DNA of 64,000 nt from a virus. Its lineage: Duplodnaviria; Caudoviricetes. The notes under the pieces were generated by a model. The model was given only the letters and a program-made list of their open reading frames with translations, was not told where the DNA came from and did no database searches. Location: positions 1 through 64,000 of the IMG/VR virus record IMGVR_UViG_3300028591_000124; one strand, 5' to 3'. The position numbers and the translations under genes are program-made. Below are positions 11,401 to 21,391 of the stretch, one piece after another (the first letter of the stretch is position 1; every line of letters starts with the position of its first letter).

Positions 11401-14400
11401 TGACAGGCATCTTGTCTTTACATTGATAGACAATGATGGGCGTATTCAAGATACCGAGGATGTTCCTTTGGTTACAGATGGCCGCGACGGTCAGGATGGC
11501 CGTGATGGTAAGGATTTGACTATCAAGGGTCACTGGGATTCTGAAGAAAGCTATGTTGTTGGTGATATTGTCCGTTTGGGAGAAGTCCTTTACAGCTGTA
11601 TTGTTGACAATACCAATAAGCCACCTCACGCTATTTTGAAAGATGGTGGTGACGGTAAATACCTCAAAGATGAGAACGACATGTATATCCTTTGTGGTGA
11701 TGAAGAGGACACTATCAATTGGATGTATTATGTTAGGGATGGGCGTGACGGTATTGACGGTGAAGACGGTAAGGATGGCCGAGACGGACAAGACGGAGAC
11801 ACACCAGTTTTCATCAATCTTACAAATGACACAGATTCCGTTATTACTGACCAAGCTGGTAACCCGCTGGAAGATTTGCCGACTACAACCGCCCAGTTCT
11901 TCTTTGGAACACGTCAGCTCTATCATGACGATGGCGTTGAATGGGGTACAGAGCGAGTTGTTGGTTGTCATGTTGACTGGGATCAGGAAGGCAATTACCG
12001 AATCACCAGCATGACAGCTGACCGTGCTCAGGTTATCATCAAGGCTACATACAAAGGCGTATTTTATCTTCGCACATTCACTTGTGTTAAGCTGTATGGC
12101 CAAGACAAGTATGTCGTAGAACCAGAATACGGCACAGTTCATTTTAATCCGCAGAACAATTCATACTTCCCAGAATATCTGGAGATATACGCATACGTCA
12201 TTAAAAATGGCGAATACATAACATTGACTGAGGAATCTGGACTTGGTTATATACAATGCGCAGAAACAGTCGGATATAATGGAATGAGAATCCGTACCAA
12301 GGATTATTTCAGTGAAACTGGGCTTGATGTGTTCTTGAAAGACTCAGAAGGAAATGTCAAAGACAAGGAATACATACCAAGGGTTTCTGATGGTAAGAAT
12401 GGTGAGGACGGCCATGACACTATGACAGCTTGGTTTGATGATACCAATATCCATTTCCTTTGCAATTCTGATGGTAATGCCATTGCAGGACAGAGTTATT
12501 CATCAACTGGTAGGCTGTATGTCGGTCCAAATGCTGTGTCGTTGGATACCCAGAACAGTAAGGCAGAAAACAGCGATTTGAATTTCTCATTATTGTTTGG
12601 CGGTGCCAATAACACCGAGGCTGTTCTGACTGTAACTGGATTCAAGAATTCAGCTAAAGATAACAATATAATAGTTGTGACTCTTGTAAGTGCCGACGGC
12701 TCTGAAACTCGCGTTGCCAATATCCATGTTGACAAAGTTCGCCCTGGTGCCGATGGAAAATCACCAGTTGTCTATAATGTGATCCCAAGTGTAAATATCC
12801 TCAAAAAGGATAACGACGGCACATTCGCTCCCGCAACTGTTGGCGCATCTGTCCGTAAGTCATACGTTGATAACGATGTTGTCAAAAATGATACACTGAC
12901 ACCAGAACAGGCACAGTCACAAGAGGGAATAACGATTTATTATGGTTACGATAAGGTTATCAAGACCATTGCCGCTGCTACAGGAACGTTATCAAGTGGC
13001 GAGCTTACACCACCAAGCACATTGGAGTCATTCATTCATTTTGTCATTGCAAAGAGCGATGGCAAGATTCTGGATTCGCAGAGTACAGGCGTTCTTATGG
13101 ATGGCGAAAGCGTCATAATGATCGACCTTGACAACGAGAATGATTCCATGCTTTATAATGGTGATGACCAGCTCATTTCTGGCAGTGCCATTACAAACGG
13201 ACACCTTTATTATGGACTGACTGATATTACGGAAGAAGCCACTTGGACTATTAAGAACAAGATTAATGTTGCAGCCACCATAAATGGTTCTCAGGTTATC
13301 GTTACAAATGTCACTGGTGATGCCGGTTCTGTTGTCATAAATGCTCATTATGGCAACAATGACTATGAAGCTAAATTTACCGTAAAGAAGCTAAAAGGTG
13401 TTGATAAATACGACATTATTAGCAACGAGACTGCCATCAAGTATAATCCCAATAATTCGCAATGGGTTACTGGAAGTGTTAAAATCGATATTTACAAGAC
13501 ATCCCAGAACAGAACCAGAACAAAACTTGGGCCAAACGATCTGTCGGAAGGATTTACTCTGACATATACAATAGGATCTACCACTAAAAACATAGCTCCT
13601 GGTGGCTCTATCCCCGTAGCTGAGTTCAAGACATCTGGAATTATTGTCACATTGAAGCAAGGCGATATTGTCATTGATTCAGAAACTATTCCTGCAATTG
13701 TTGATGGAACAAATGGCCAAGATGGTCGTGATGGCAAAGATGGTAAAGACGGCAAAGATGGCAAGGACGGTAAAGATGGTAAGGACGGAACCAGCATTGT
13801 TGCAATGGGTCATTGGAATTCATACACAGAATATCCGATTGGATCATACGTCAGCTTTGCTGGTGGAATGTATCGTTGTTTGGTAGCATGTGAAGGAATT
13901 CCTCCACTCCAGTGCTTGACCAATAACGGACAGCATTTTATCACTGACCAGAACGGCATGTATATTATCGCCATGCCTCAGGTTCCGAATAGCACATACT
14001 GGGTTCTTGACATTCCCGCTCATGCAGATACTGTTCGTCTTGACCTTGACAATGAGAACGATTCAATTCTCTATGATGGCGCAGGCCACAAAATTAGCGA
14101 TAGTCCAGTATCTCATGCGACTCTTTATATAAATGGTAATGAGTATGCCGGTAATGTCAATTTACAAGTTGTTGGTGATGGTTGGGTAGGATGTACTGGT
14201 AGTGTCACCAACAACACGATTACCATTACCGATGTCGAATCACGTACAGGTGGTCATGTTGATGTTGGCGTAACGTATGATGGCACTCTTTATCGGGCCA
14301 GAATGTCCGTTACAAGACTGGAAGGCACCGATAAGTACGAAGTTTCTGTCAGCACAAAGTCAATTTCAAAGAATTCGAATACTGGTGTTTTGACTCCAAA

Positions 14401-17400
14401 CAGCATCACAGTTGATGTCTATAAGACCGCCCAGAATGGAAATCGCACCAAGTTGTCTTCAAATGACCTTGAAGGGACTGGCATGACTCTTTCTTATCGT
14501 AAGGGGGAAACTATAACAAACATCAACCCTGGTGTTGTCATTTCTGAGGATATTCTTAGCAATGCTGTTGAGATTGAAATAATCCTGAAAGATAGTATTA
14601 ATAATATTGTCGATCTGGAAACAGTACCTATTGTAAGCAGTGGTAAGGACAACTTTAGAGTTGACCTTGATAACGAAAACGATTCAATGCTGTACAATGG
14701 TGCTGGAGAATTGATTTCTGGTTTTGCCGTTGCTCATGCTCAGCTCTATATGGGTGATCACGCAATCACACAAAACGTTTCGTGGAGTGTGGAAGCTGAT
14801 TTTACAAAGGTTGAATATGAATTGAGCGGCAATACTGTTACAGCTAAGAAACTAAAAGCCGATACTGCCCAGATTAAGGTTATCGCTACATACGGTAATG
14901 CCCAGTATGGTGCTATTTTCAGCCTTAAGAAATTGGTTGGCGTTGACAAATATGAGGTTGTGCCCAGTGATTCGTCAATTGGTTTTAATCCCAATACAAA
15001 TGTTTGGACTACTCAAACTTTGAAGGTTGATGTTTATCGCACTTCCCAGAACAGATCAAGAACAAAGCTTAACACTGATGATTTGCCCACTGGATATTCT
15101 CTCACATACAATAACGGTAGTGGAGCAACTTCTATTACGCCTGGTTATGAGATTCCAAAGGGCAGTTTCGGAAACACTGGAATTGAAATTGTTCTAAAAG
15201 ATAACAATAATTCTGTTCTTGATTCTGAAACAGTTCCAATCCTGTTTGCCGGTGTTGACGGTGAAAGCATGAATGGACGCGGACATTGGACTCCTGGAAA
15301 TACATACAATAGCGGTGACATAGTGATTTTTGCTGGTGCTATGTATCGTTGTTTGAACGATGGCATTACAACAGCCCCAATGGGTATTCTCAAAGACCAC
15401 GAAAACTGCTATTTGAAAGACAAGGACGGTGGCTATTTGTTGGTTGATGGAAAAACAGTTGACTCTGCAAACTGGAATCTTGAAATCGCTCCTGCGAAGG
15501 GTGTTGTCCGTCTTGACTTGGATAACGAAAACGATACGATTCTATATGATGAATTGGGTCGCAAGGTATCTGGAAGTGTCGTTTCTGAAGCGATCTTATA
15601 TATAGATGGCGTAGAGTACACTGGAAATCTAAGCCTCCAGATCGAAGTTAGTAACTGTACGGCCACAATTTCAGGACGCATCTTGACTGTTACTGATGTT
15701 ACGGCTACTAATGGTCATGTTATCGTATCATGCGTATATGATGGTGCTACATATCGTACTGTCATGAATGTTACCCGTCTTGTCGGAACCGTGAAGCATG
15801 AACTTTCATTCAGTGCAAGTGCTATGTCTAAAAATGCCGATACCAATGAGTATTCAGCAAATGGCATCACGGTTGGTGTTTATGAGACTTCACAGTTTAG
15901 CTCACGTACAAGGCTGACTTCGCTTCCAGAAGGTTTCCACATTGTGTATGTTCCAAATGGAGGCAGTGAAACAAGTGTTGCGTTAGATGGAAAAATCCCA
16001 TCTTCAGCATGGAATAATGGCGATGTATTGGTGAAGCTTTATGATAACATTCAAAGAGTTATCGATTCCGAAACACTCCCACTGGTAACAAGTGGTGAAA
16101 GCTCTCTCAGATTGGATTTGGATAATGAAAACGATTCTATTTTGTATGATGAGAATGGTAAGAAACTCACAGGTGATGTCGTTACCCATGCCAAACTATA
16201 TCGCGGCTCTGACCTATATCCTGGAACTGTAACGTATAAGGCAGTTGCAAACGGATGCACAGTGACACCAACACAGAATACAACTGGTGAATTCAGTATT
16301 ACTGGTGTAAATTCCAACGTTTCTGCTGGCACCGTAACCATCAGTTGTACGATTGGTTCGGTTACATATACTGCAATCCTGAGCGTAAAGCGGCTCCAAG
16401 GTGTAAATAAGTACGACCTTGTGCTGAGTGACAGTTGTATGAAAAAGAATGCTGACACTGGAGCATATACTCCAAATGGCGGCATAACAGTCGATGTGTA
16501 CAAAACCGACCAACTTGGAAACCGCACCAAACTCCCCTCAAATGCCTTTGGTACAGGAAAGGATGAAGCCGGTTATACTCTACAGTACACACCAGCTGGA
16601 GGTTCTGCTACTTCAATTAATCCTGGAGGTACTATCGCTGCAAGCAAATTCGCAAATGGCGATGTACTGGTAGTTCTAAAGGACAAGAATTCCAAGATTC
16701 TTGATTCGGAGACAATACCTCTTGTGATTAGTGGAGAAAGTGTATTGAGACTTGATCTTGACAATGAGAATGATTCTATCCTTTACGATAATAACGGAAA
16801 GAAGATTTCTGGTGATGCAAGTACAAAGGCTACATTGTATAGAGGCGCAAATCCATACCCAGGTACTGTTACTTATAAAGCTACGGCTACTGATTGTACT
16901 GTGGATTCTACTTCAAATACAACTGGAAACTTTAAAGTTACAGCAATTTCTGATGGAAAATCATCTGGAAAGGTTGTGATTAGCTGTACAATTGGTACTG
17001 TTACATATAGTGCCATATTTAATGTGACGAGACTCCAGGGCGTTAACAAGTATGATTTGGTATTCAGTGCAAGTAGCATGAAGAAGGATCCTAATTCCGG
17101 TACATATTCGCCAAGTGGAGGCATCACTGTTGATGTTTATAAGACTGATCAGTTGGGAGAAAGAACCAAACTCCCCTCAAATGCCTTTGGTACAGGAAAG
17201 GATGAAGCCGGTTATACTCTACAGTACACACCAGCTGGAGGTTCTGCTACTTCAATTAATCCTGGAGGTACTATCGCTGCTAATAAGTTTTCAAATGGTG
17301 ACGTGTTGGTAGTATTAAAAGATGATTCCAGCAAAATATTGGATTCTGAAACACTGCCATTGGTTTCTCAGGGTACAAATGGTGTCGGTGCAAAATACAT

Positions 17401-20110
17401 ATCTGTTAAGGGTACATGTCACAATGGAACATCGTCGCCCAATGATGGAGGTGTTACGATATTTGATGGTACGAATACTGTAATTTTAAATGTTGATAGC
17501 ATTAATGCAGATACAGTTGCTGGAACAAGAAGAGGTCTTGCTCTTGTGACTATCAATAGAAACACGTTGGCCGTTTCAACAAAGCAATTTTATGACACTT
17601 ATTATAGCAGTGCAAGGTGTGATGCTCTTGCTACAGCGATTAATAATGTGACATCATCTTATTTTGTTTGCTTGTTTAGTAATGACGCTATTGGTTGGAC
17701 TGACAATCTTGTGGATGCTTTAAGAGCTTGCGGTAGTATTGGCATTGACCATCGTGAGACAACCAGAAGACCATTTGCATTTATTGGTTATCGTGGTCTT
17801 CCAGAATGTCATGCAATGCAGATGCTTGGTGAAGTAGAATCATCAACTCCTGCTGAAGTAATGGCTTATGTTGCTGATGGCAAACTCACAACCTCTTTGG
17901 ATGGTAAAGATAGTGTCCGTTATTTCTTAGAGGTCAACCCAAGTGCTCTCGTCAAGACAAGTGGTAATTCCTGGGTTTCTTCTGGAAATATTACTGTTCA
18001 CGCTTACAAACAAAAGGGTGACCAGGAGCCGATAGCTGCTGTTCAAGGTGATGTATATTGCCGTTATATCAAGAGTGATGGCGGTAGCGGACTTATTTCA
18101 TTATCAAATGGAACTGGAACTATCTCGATTAATAATCTGTCTGCATACATTACTTATTTGACGGTATTCCTTTCTCATTCAAACAGCGATTCTTCAACCA
18201 GACTTGATTCTGTTACCATCCCAGTCATTGCGAATGGTGCTCAGGGTTATGAAGGTTGTCAGGTTCGTACTACAAAATGGGAAGACACCTCTGACAATGA
18301 TGCTTATCGCGTTGCATTCCAGAATGATCGAGGAACCAATAAGGCATTCAAGGTTGTGGATGTTATTGCTGTTCCCTGGAAGGATGGCATCAGGGATTTG
18401 AATGGAAATGTCGTATCATATAGACCGACATCTGGTTATTTATGGTATGTATGTAAGACAGCGCATACTCAAAGAAAGACTTGGGAAATAGAACGTGTAC
18501 AATGCAAGGATTACTGGGAGGCCATGTCTGATCCAGGTCCTATGTTCATTTCCCTGTTGGTTGCCCAGTATGGTAAAATTGAGTTTGGCACAACAAACGA
18601 ATTCATCGTTGTTAACTCGCGTAATGAAGTCGTTGCTGGGTTCTCTGGACTTATTAATACCGAGGATGAAGACAACAGCATAAGAATATGGGCCGGTAAG
18701 TCATTACCTACTGAAACTTGGAATACATACGTTCCTACTCGTGTTGCTGGAAAATACTTGTGGGGCCGTGTTCAGATAAAATACGGTACTGCTGCATCAA
18801 GCACAGACATCAGATATTATATGCCGACTATGTTGTGCGATTCAGCCACCTATTATTATACGGTCAACACATATTATCAGTATCAACCGGTAACTGTTGA
18901 AAATGCTCCTCAGTCAGGATGGGTTTATTGGGACAAGAATGCGGAACTTGTACCATCAGAAAGACCGACTGGTTATTATCTGTGGATAAAGGCTGTTGTC
19001 TTATCTAATAGTAGTGGATCTGTTATTTCAACATTCTATTTCAGAGTCAGGGTAAGTTCCCAGAATATCTACAGTTTCAGAATGAACTTTGTCAATAGTG
19101 ACAGACAGGGTTCAGAGCCATCTATTGCTCCATTCCGAGTTACCCAGGCTGGTGCTATGTATTCGACAAGTGGTGAGATTGGTGGTTTCAAGATTACTGC
19201 TGATTCTATTGCGTCAACAAATGGTCTTGTTGGCCTATATAGTGGTGACATTAACAATAGTGATACAATTAGGTTCTGGGCTGGAAATTCAAATAGGGCA
19301 TTTGCTCCATTCCGAGTTACCCAGGCTGGTGCTATGTATGCTTCTAAAGGAACTATAGGTGGATTTACAATTACATCATCTAACCTGTATGCTGGAAATA
19401 TAGAAAACATGTACACATCCAAAAATAATTATGTGTATATGAGTCCATCTGCAATCAGAGTAAGCCAAGGCATTGGTTATTTTGCTCCTGGAGATATAGC
19501 CAATTTAAAAGTTCTTATGGGTTATGGAGCCGATCCTTCTATGGATAAATCAAACTCATATTGTAACTGTGCTATGTATATTTATAGGAGCATGAATCCT
19601 GATCTTGGAAGCAAAACAGATTACTATTGGCCAGCGGTAAGAGTTGTTTCTGAAAATGTTGTCAATAGGAATATTGCAATGCGCTTACAAGGTGGTTTGC
19701 AAGTATGGGGTGGCGTTATAGAAAAAGGACATATTTTAAATATGACATCACAAGGTACAGCATATCTTGTTGATTTATCCTTTGGAACCACATTCTTGAC
19801 CTATAACACATCAGGCGGCGATGCATGGATTTCGCTTCCAGGTCGTACCAATATCATTAATCAACTTGGAATTGGTTATTCAGATACATTTTGTGTTCCT
19901 GTAACCGTTGTCAATACTAACAAAAGTAATGGAACTGTGTATTTAAAACTTGAAAATTATGAAAAAATTTACAATCAAAATGGTGGTGAATGGAGAGATG
20001 ACAGCAGCAGCAATTGCCAAATAAAATTATCAGCTGGTGATAGCATTAGAATAGCACTATGTTATGTTGGTAGCTCATTTTTCGGACAAGTAATAACAGA
20101 AAGTAGATAA
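8402..20110 (+). CDS. Giant modular tail fibre/adhesin (3902 aa)
   Basis: Bacteroidetes fibre motif GEFESLIIRRFLEVPEL; about 10 repeats starting L(D/T)N(E/D)xD; G(H/E)W modules; G-x-D triplets; ILEI-like domain. Confidence 0.8.
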   Translation: MAAEEFKKGSTKDSLMKSILESALNTLISADVHHNYVMSGSSVENPKFTETGQSLYEKMQKGVSDVANTIGDAIAGEQSGGVIGQNDGIFLFDEANEKKYRVPFKTLAALLVAEAVQGAGGDGALLTATNLWTLLSADSDFQIDISHLRDALEGYLTAESMQGLFRDHGSDAYLSKIFDDEALGMITFLAGLKSNGVAYLMKGLQIGLYQTGITGIGAKIDEFGNGEFESLIIRRFLEVPELRYNRVEVLAGDSWRAPGGGIIESVVVNDDGLTGTITLKLEEGEVGNIQVDDICMGIFHDYNNASVNETETTDDGFGNRTFAGFCTSYFRVTSVTDITEVDNVKYYKKVFTYALRPVSTRWNKQLHPQEFMTFVAYGNFTKTDRQNATYMTPAYTRMLRGQNTWEFSFENIGMQFGDLSILANFDTQDHPNPRAREASTYLFYIDGDIMHTGILRQVDSHGRDIIDYYDQGEWDPNTEYFYKDRVYWNGSLWLLVKEDDIDEHGVHHGVIGSEPSLDNPNWLAVVYAQTIQSMGHWESSKTPYPAQSIVNLGGILYLSNKQTSNPPRGLLMFTESGINKYAKTKEGFYIFADTNSKNISDDWDLLIDLEEAVQGEDAIYINLTNDSDSIITDINGVIAPGTVYPTTKAQLYRGSVQITSGITWGVSADGCSATIAPESGTVVTSNMTKDKAVVTISATYNNYTYTKLFTFSKLFGANKYILEPSADVIKFDPNANDGQGLFEPQVLVVRAYCIKNGERKEITSTSNLGFIKFNNQTYYSGMSVNTNSMSAFTNGRLKFELFDNSSEPKLGDMEEIPLVQDGINGVGSVTINLTNDTDAICTDSDGNIAENEEYPTTTAELYYQLTKVPNEQISWNCSGNGCDAIIDENGVVTTSNMTADVAVVTIIGSFQGHSYIKTFTFRKLFGQEKYYLQTSVNTIVRDKLGNYNPNSITVRAFCKRFGEDPVECTSALNIAKIVYAGQQAPQYSPVTVIIQNDTFTDRHLVFTLIDNDGRIQDTEDVPLVTDGRDGQDGRDGKDLTIKGHWDSEESYVVGDIVRLGEVLYSCIVDNTNKPPHAILKDGGDGKYLKDENDMYILCGDEEDTINWMYYVRDGRDGIDGEDGKDGRDGQDGDTPVFINLTNDTDSVITDQAGNPLEDLPTTTAQFFFGTRQLYHDDGVEWGTERVVGCHVDWDQEGNYRITSMTADRAQVIIKATYKGVFYLRTFTCVKLYGQDKYVVEPEYGTVHFNPQNNSYFPEYLEIYAYVIKNGEYITLTEESGLGYIQCAETVGYNGMRIRTKDYFSETGLDVFLKDSEGNVKDKEYIPRVSDGKNGEDGHDTMTAWFDDTNIHFLCNSDGNAIAGQSYSSTGRLYVGPNAVSLDTQNSKAENSDLNFSLLFGGANNTEAVLTVTGFKNSAKDNNIIVVTLVSADGSETRVANIHVDKVRPGADGKSPVVYNVIPSVNILKKDNDGTFAPATVGASVRKSYVDNDVVKNDTLTPEQAQSQEGITIYYGYDKVIKTIAAATGTLSSGELTPPSTLESFIHFVIAKSDGKILDSQSTGVLMDGESVIMIDLDNENDSMLYNGDDQLISGSAITNGHLYYGLTDITEEATWTIKNKINVAATINGSQVIVTNVTGDAGSVVINAHYGNNDYEAKFTVKKLKGVDKYDIISNETAIKYNPNNSQWVTGSVKIDIYKTSQNRTRTKLGPNDLSEGFTLTYTIGSTTKNIAPGGSIPVAEFKTSGIIVTLKQGDIVIDSETIPAIVDGTNGQDGRDGKDGKDGKDGKDGKDGKDGTSIVAMGHWNSYTEYPIGSYVSFAGGMYRCLVACEGIPPLQCLTNNGQHFITDQNGMYIIAMPQVPNSTYWVLDIPAHADTVRLDLDNENDSILYDGAGHKISDSPVSHATLYINGNEYAGNVNLQVVGDGWVGCTGSVTNNTITITDVESRTGGHVDVGVTYDGTLYRARMSVTRLEGTDKYEVSVSTKSISKNSNTGVLTPNSITVDVYKTAQNGNRTKLSSNDLEGTGMTLSYRKGETITNINPGVVISEDILSNAVEIEIILKDSINNIVDLETVPIVSSGKDNFRVDLDNENDSMLYNGAGELISGFAVAHAQLYMGDHAITQNVSWSVEADFTKVEYELSGNTVTAKKLKADTAQIKVIATYGNAQYGAIFSLKKLVGVDKYEVVPSDSSIGFNPNTNVWTTQTLKVDVYRTSQNRSRTKLNTDDLPTGYSLTYNNGSGATSITPGYEIPKGSFGNTGIEIVLKDNNNSVLDSETVPILFAGVDGESMNGRGHWTPGNTYNSGDIVIFAGAMYRCLNDGITTAPMGILKDHENCYLKDKDGGYLLVDGKTVDSANWNLEIAPAKGVVRLDLDNENDTILYDELGRKVSGSVVSEAILYIDGVEYTGNLSLQIEVSNCTATISGRILTVTDVTATNGHVIVSCVYDGATYRTVMNVTRLVGTVKHELSFSASAMSKNADTNEYSANGITVGVYETSQFSSRTRLTSLPEGFHIVYVPNGGSETSVALDGKIPSSAWNNGDVLVKLYDNIQRVIDSETLPLVTSGESSLRLDLDNENDSILYDENGKKLTGDVVTHAKLYRGSDLYPGTVTYKAVANGCTVTPTQNTTGEFSITGVNSNVSAGTVTISCTIGSVTYTAILSVKRLQGVNKYDLVLSDSCMKKNADTGAYTPNGGITVDVYKTDQLGNRTKLPSNAFGTGKDEAGYTLQYTPAGGSATSINPGGTIAASKFANGDVLVVLKDKNSKILDSETIPLVISGESVLRLDLDNENDSILYDNNGKKISGDASTKATLYRGANPYPGTVTYKATATDCTVDSTSNTTGNFKVTAISDGKSSGKVVISCTIGTVTYSAIFNVTRLQGVNKYDLVFSASSMKKDPNSGTYSPSGGITVDVYKTDQLGERTKLPSNAFGTGKDEAGYTLQYTPAGGSATSINPGGTIAANKFSNGDVLVVLKDDSSKILDSETLPLVSQGTNGVGAKYISVKGTCHNGTSSPNDGGVTIFDGTNTVILNVDSINADTVAGTRRGLALVTINRNTLAVSTKQFYDTYYSSARCDALATAINNVTSSYFVCLFSNDAIGWTDNLVDALRACGSIGIDHRETTRRPFAFIGYRGLPECHAMQMLGEVESSTPAEVMAYVADGKLTTSLDGKDSVRYFLEVNPSALVKTSGNSWVSSGNITVHAYKQKGDQEPIAAVQGDVYCRYIKSDGGSGLISLSNGTGTISINNLSAYITYLTVFLSHSNSDSSTRLDSVTIPVIANGAQGYEGCQVRTTKWEDTSDNDAYRVAFQNDRGTNKAFKVVDVIAVPWKDGIRDLNGNVVSYRPTSGYLWYVCKTAHTQRKTWEIERVQCKDYWEAMSDPGPMFISLLVAQYGKIEFGTTNEFIVVNSRNEVVAGFSGLINTEDEDNSIRIWAGKSLPTETWNTYVPTRVAGKYLWGRVQIKYGTAASSTDIRYYMPTMLCDSATYYYTVNTYYQYQPVTVENAPQSGWVYWDKNAELVPSERPTGYYLWIKAVVLSNSSGSVISTFYFRVRVSSQNIYSFRMNFVNSDRQGSEPSIAPFRVTQAGAMYSTSGEIGGFKITADSIASTNGLVGLYSGDINNSDTIRFWAGNSNRAFAPFRVTQAGAMYASKGTIGGFTITSSNLYAGNIENMYTSKNNYVYMSPSAIRVSQGIGYFAPGDIANLKVLMGYGADPSMDKSNSYCNCAMYIYRSMNPDLGSKTDYYWPAVRVVSENVVNRNIAMRLQGGLQVWGGVIEKGHILNMTSQGTAYLVDLSFGTTFLTYNTSGGDAWISLPGRTNIINQLGIGYSDTFCVPVTVVNTNKSNGTVYLKLENYEKIYNQNGGEWRDDSSSNCQIKLSAGDSIRIALCYVGSSFFGQVITESR
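13706..13790 (+). repeat. Collagen-like (GKD)n coding repeat
   Basis: GTNGQDGRDGKDGKDGKDGKDGKDGKDG; shorter tracts near 11480 and 11740. Confidence 0.85.
16526..17280 (+). repeat. Perfect 116-bp direct repeat (16526-16641 and 17165-17280)
   Basis: Identical by base-by-base comparison; 639 bp apart, inside tandem 213-aa modules. Confidence 0.9.
19125..19339 (+). repeat. Perfect 38-bp direct repeat (19125-19162 and 19302-19339)
   Basis: TTGCTCCATTCCGAGTTACCCAGGCTGGTGCTATGTAT twice, encoding APFRVTQAGAMY. Confidence 0.85.
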
Positions 20111-20118
20111 TTAAAATT

Positions 20119-20580
20119 ATGAAAGTAGTATTTAACAAACTCATCCCGTTCAAAGGCTTTCTGGCTATCACTCTCTGGCCATTTATATTCGTCAGGAGTG
20201 AGCTAAAAGCCAAGTTCGGTGATGTTAGTAAAAACCATGAGAAAATTCATGGTTGCCAGCAAGTAGAGGTAATGGCAGCTGCAACACTCATTGCAACTGT
20301 CACAGTATTGTTCGGTGCCTCAGCATGGTGGTTTATGAGTATTCCGGTATCGTTCTATACACTCTATGTTTTTGAGTGGTTGATACGACTGGTGATTCAT
20401 GGAAATAAGCGGGAGGCATATCGGAATATATCTTTCGAACAGGAGGCGTATCTACATGAGTCGGACTTTGGTTATATTAAGTTCCGCAAGCATTTTGCGT
20501 GGATAAAATATCTATCCAAGAAGACTTTTATAAATGAGATAGCAGACCACCGTACACAACTTAACATGGATAACTTTTAA
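20119..20580 (+). CDS. Membrane protein with HExxH (possible metallopeptidase)
   Basis: HEKIH, hydrophobic segments, ISFEQEAY motif. Confidence 0.5.
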   Translation: MKVVFNKLIPFKGFLAITLWPFIFVRSELKAKFGDVSKNHEKIHGCQQVEVMAAATLIATVTVLFGASAWWFMSIPVSFYTLYVFEWLIRLVIHGNKREAYRNISFEQEAYLHESDFGYIKFRKHFAWIKYLSKKTFINEIADHRTQLNMDNF

Positions 20581-20591
20581 AAAATATCGAT

Positions 20592-21281
20592 ATGACAACA
20601 TTAAAAAAAGGAAGCAGGGGTAACGATGTCAAAGAACTACAGCGTTATCTTAATCTTATTCAAGATGGCATATTCGGTGTTATAACCGAAGAAGCCGTTA
20701 TTGCCTACCAGAAACGTCACAGGCTGGTAGCAGATGGTATTGTCGGTCCGAAGACCTGGGAATCTCTCGTCACAACCAATTCTGTTGGCCGTGAGTCAAG
20801 GCAGGAGGTTATTGAGGGGTTTAGGGTATTGCCGACAATCAAAAAATCTCGTCGTATCATTAAGGAGATCATCATCCATTGTACGGCAACTCCTGAAGGC
20901 AGGCCCTACACTGTGTCAGACATCCGTAGATGGCACAAAGACAAGGGTTGGAGTGACATCGGGTATCATTATGTCGTATATCTCAATGGCGATGTCATGG
21001 TTGGCCGTGATGTGGATATTGTCGGTGCTCATGCAGCTCCAAAGAACAATACGTACTCTATCGGGATTGTCTATGTAGGTGGTCTGGAGAACATCCCAGG
21101 CGTACCGGTTTCAAAATTGCCAGCAAAAGACACACGTACTGAAGCACAAAAAGAGTCACTGGTGATTTTGTTGAAGAAGCTTCGTAAGTTGTATCCAAAT
21201 GCACGTATCATCGGGCATCGTGATGTCTCCAGTAAACCGTGTCCGTGTTTCGACGCAAAATCGGAATATTCATGGATCTGA
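20592..21281 (+). CDS. Endolysin: PG_binding_1 + N-acetylmuramoyl-L-alanine amidase (Amidase_2)
   Basis: LKKGSRGNDVKELQ...DGIVGPKTW; IIIHCTAT, WSDIGYHY, GHRD, KPCPCFD. Confidence 0.93.
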   Translation: MTTLKKGSRGNDVKELQRYLNLIQDGIFGVITEEAVIAYQKRHRLVADGIVGPKTWESLVTTNSVGRESRQEVIEGFRVLPTIKKSRRIIKEIIIHCTATPEGRPYTVSDIRRWHKDKGWSDIGYHYVVYLNGDVMVGRDVDIVGAHAAPKNNTYSIGIVYVGGLENIPGVPVSKLPAKDTRTEAQKESLVILLKKLRKLYPNARIIGHRDVSSKPCPCFDAKSEYSWI

Positions 21282-21391
21282 TGAAAATTAGTAGTACATT
21301 TAATCAACTCTTGAAATTTCTGAACCTTATTTATATATAAAGGACAAGAAGTTTTTAAACATCACATTATTAATTAAAAAACAGTAAAATT

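Noticed and set aside
31-20000. Many antisense and alternate-frame ORFs over the structural genes
   Set aside because: Shadow ORFs of long genes with no independent motifs
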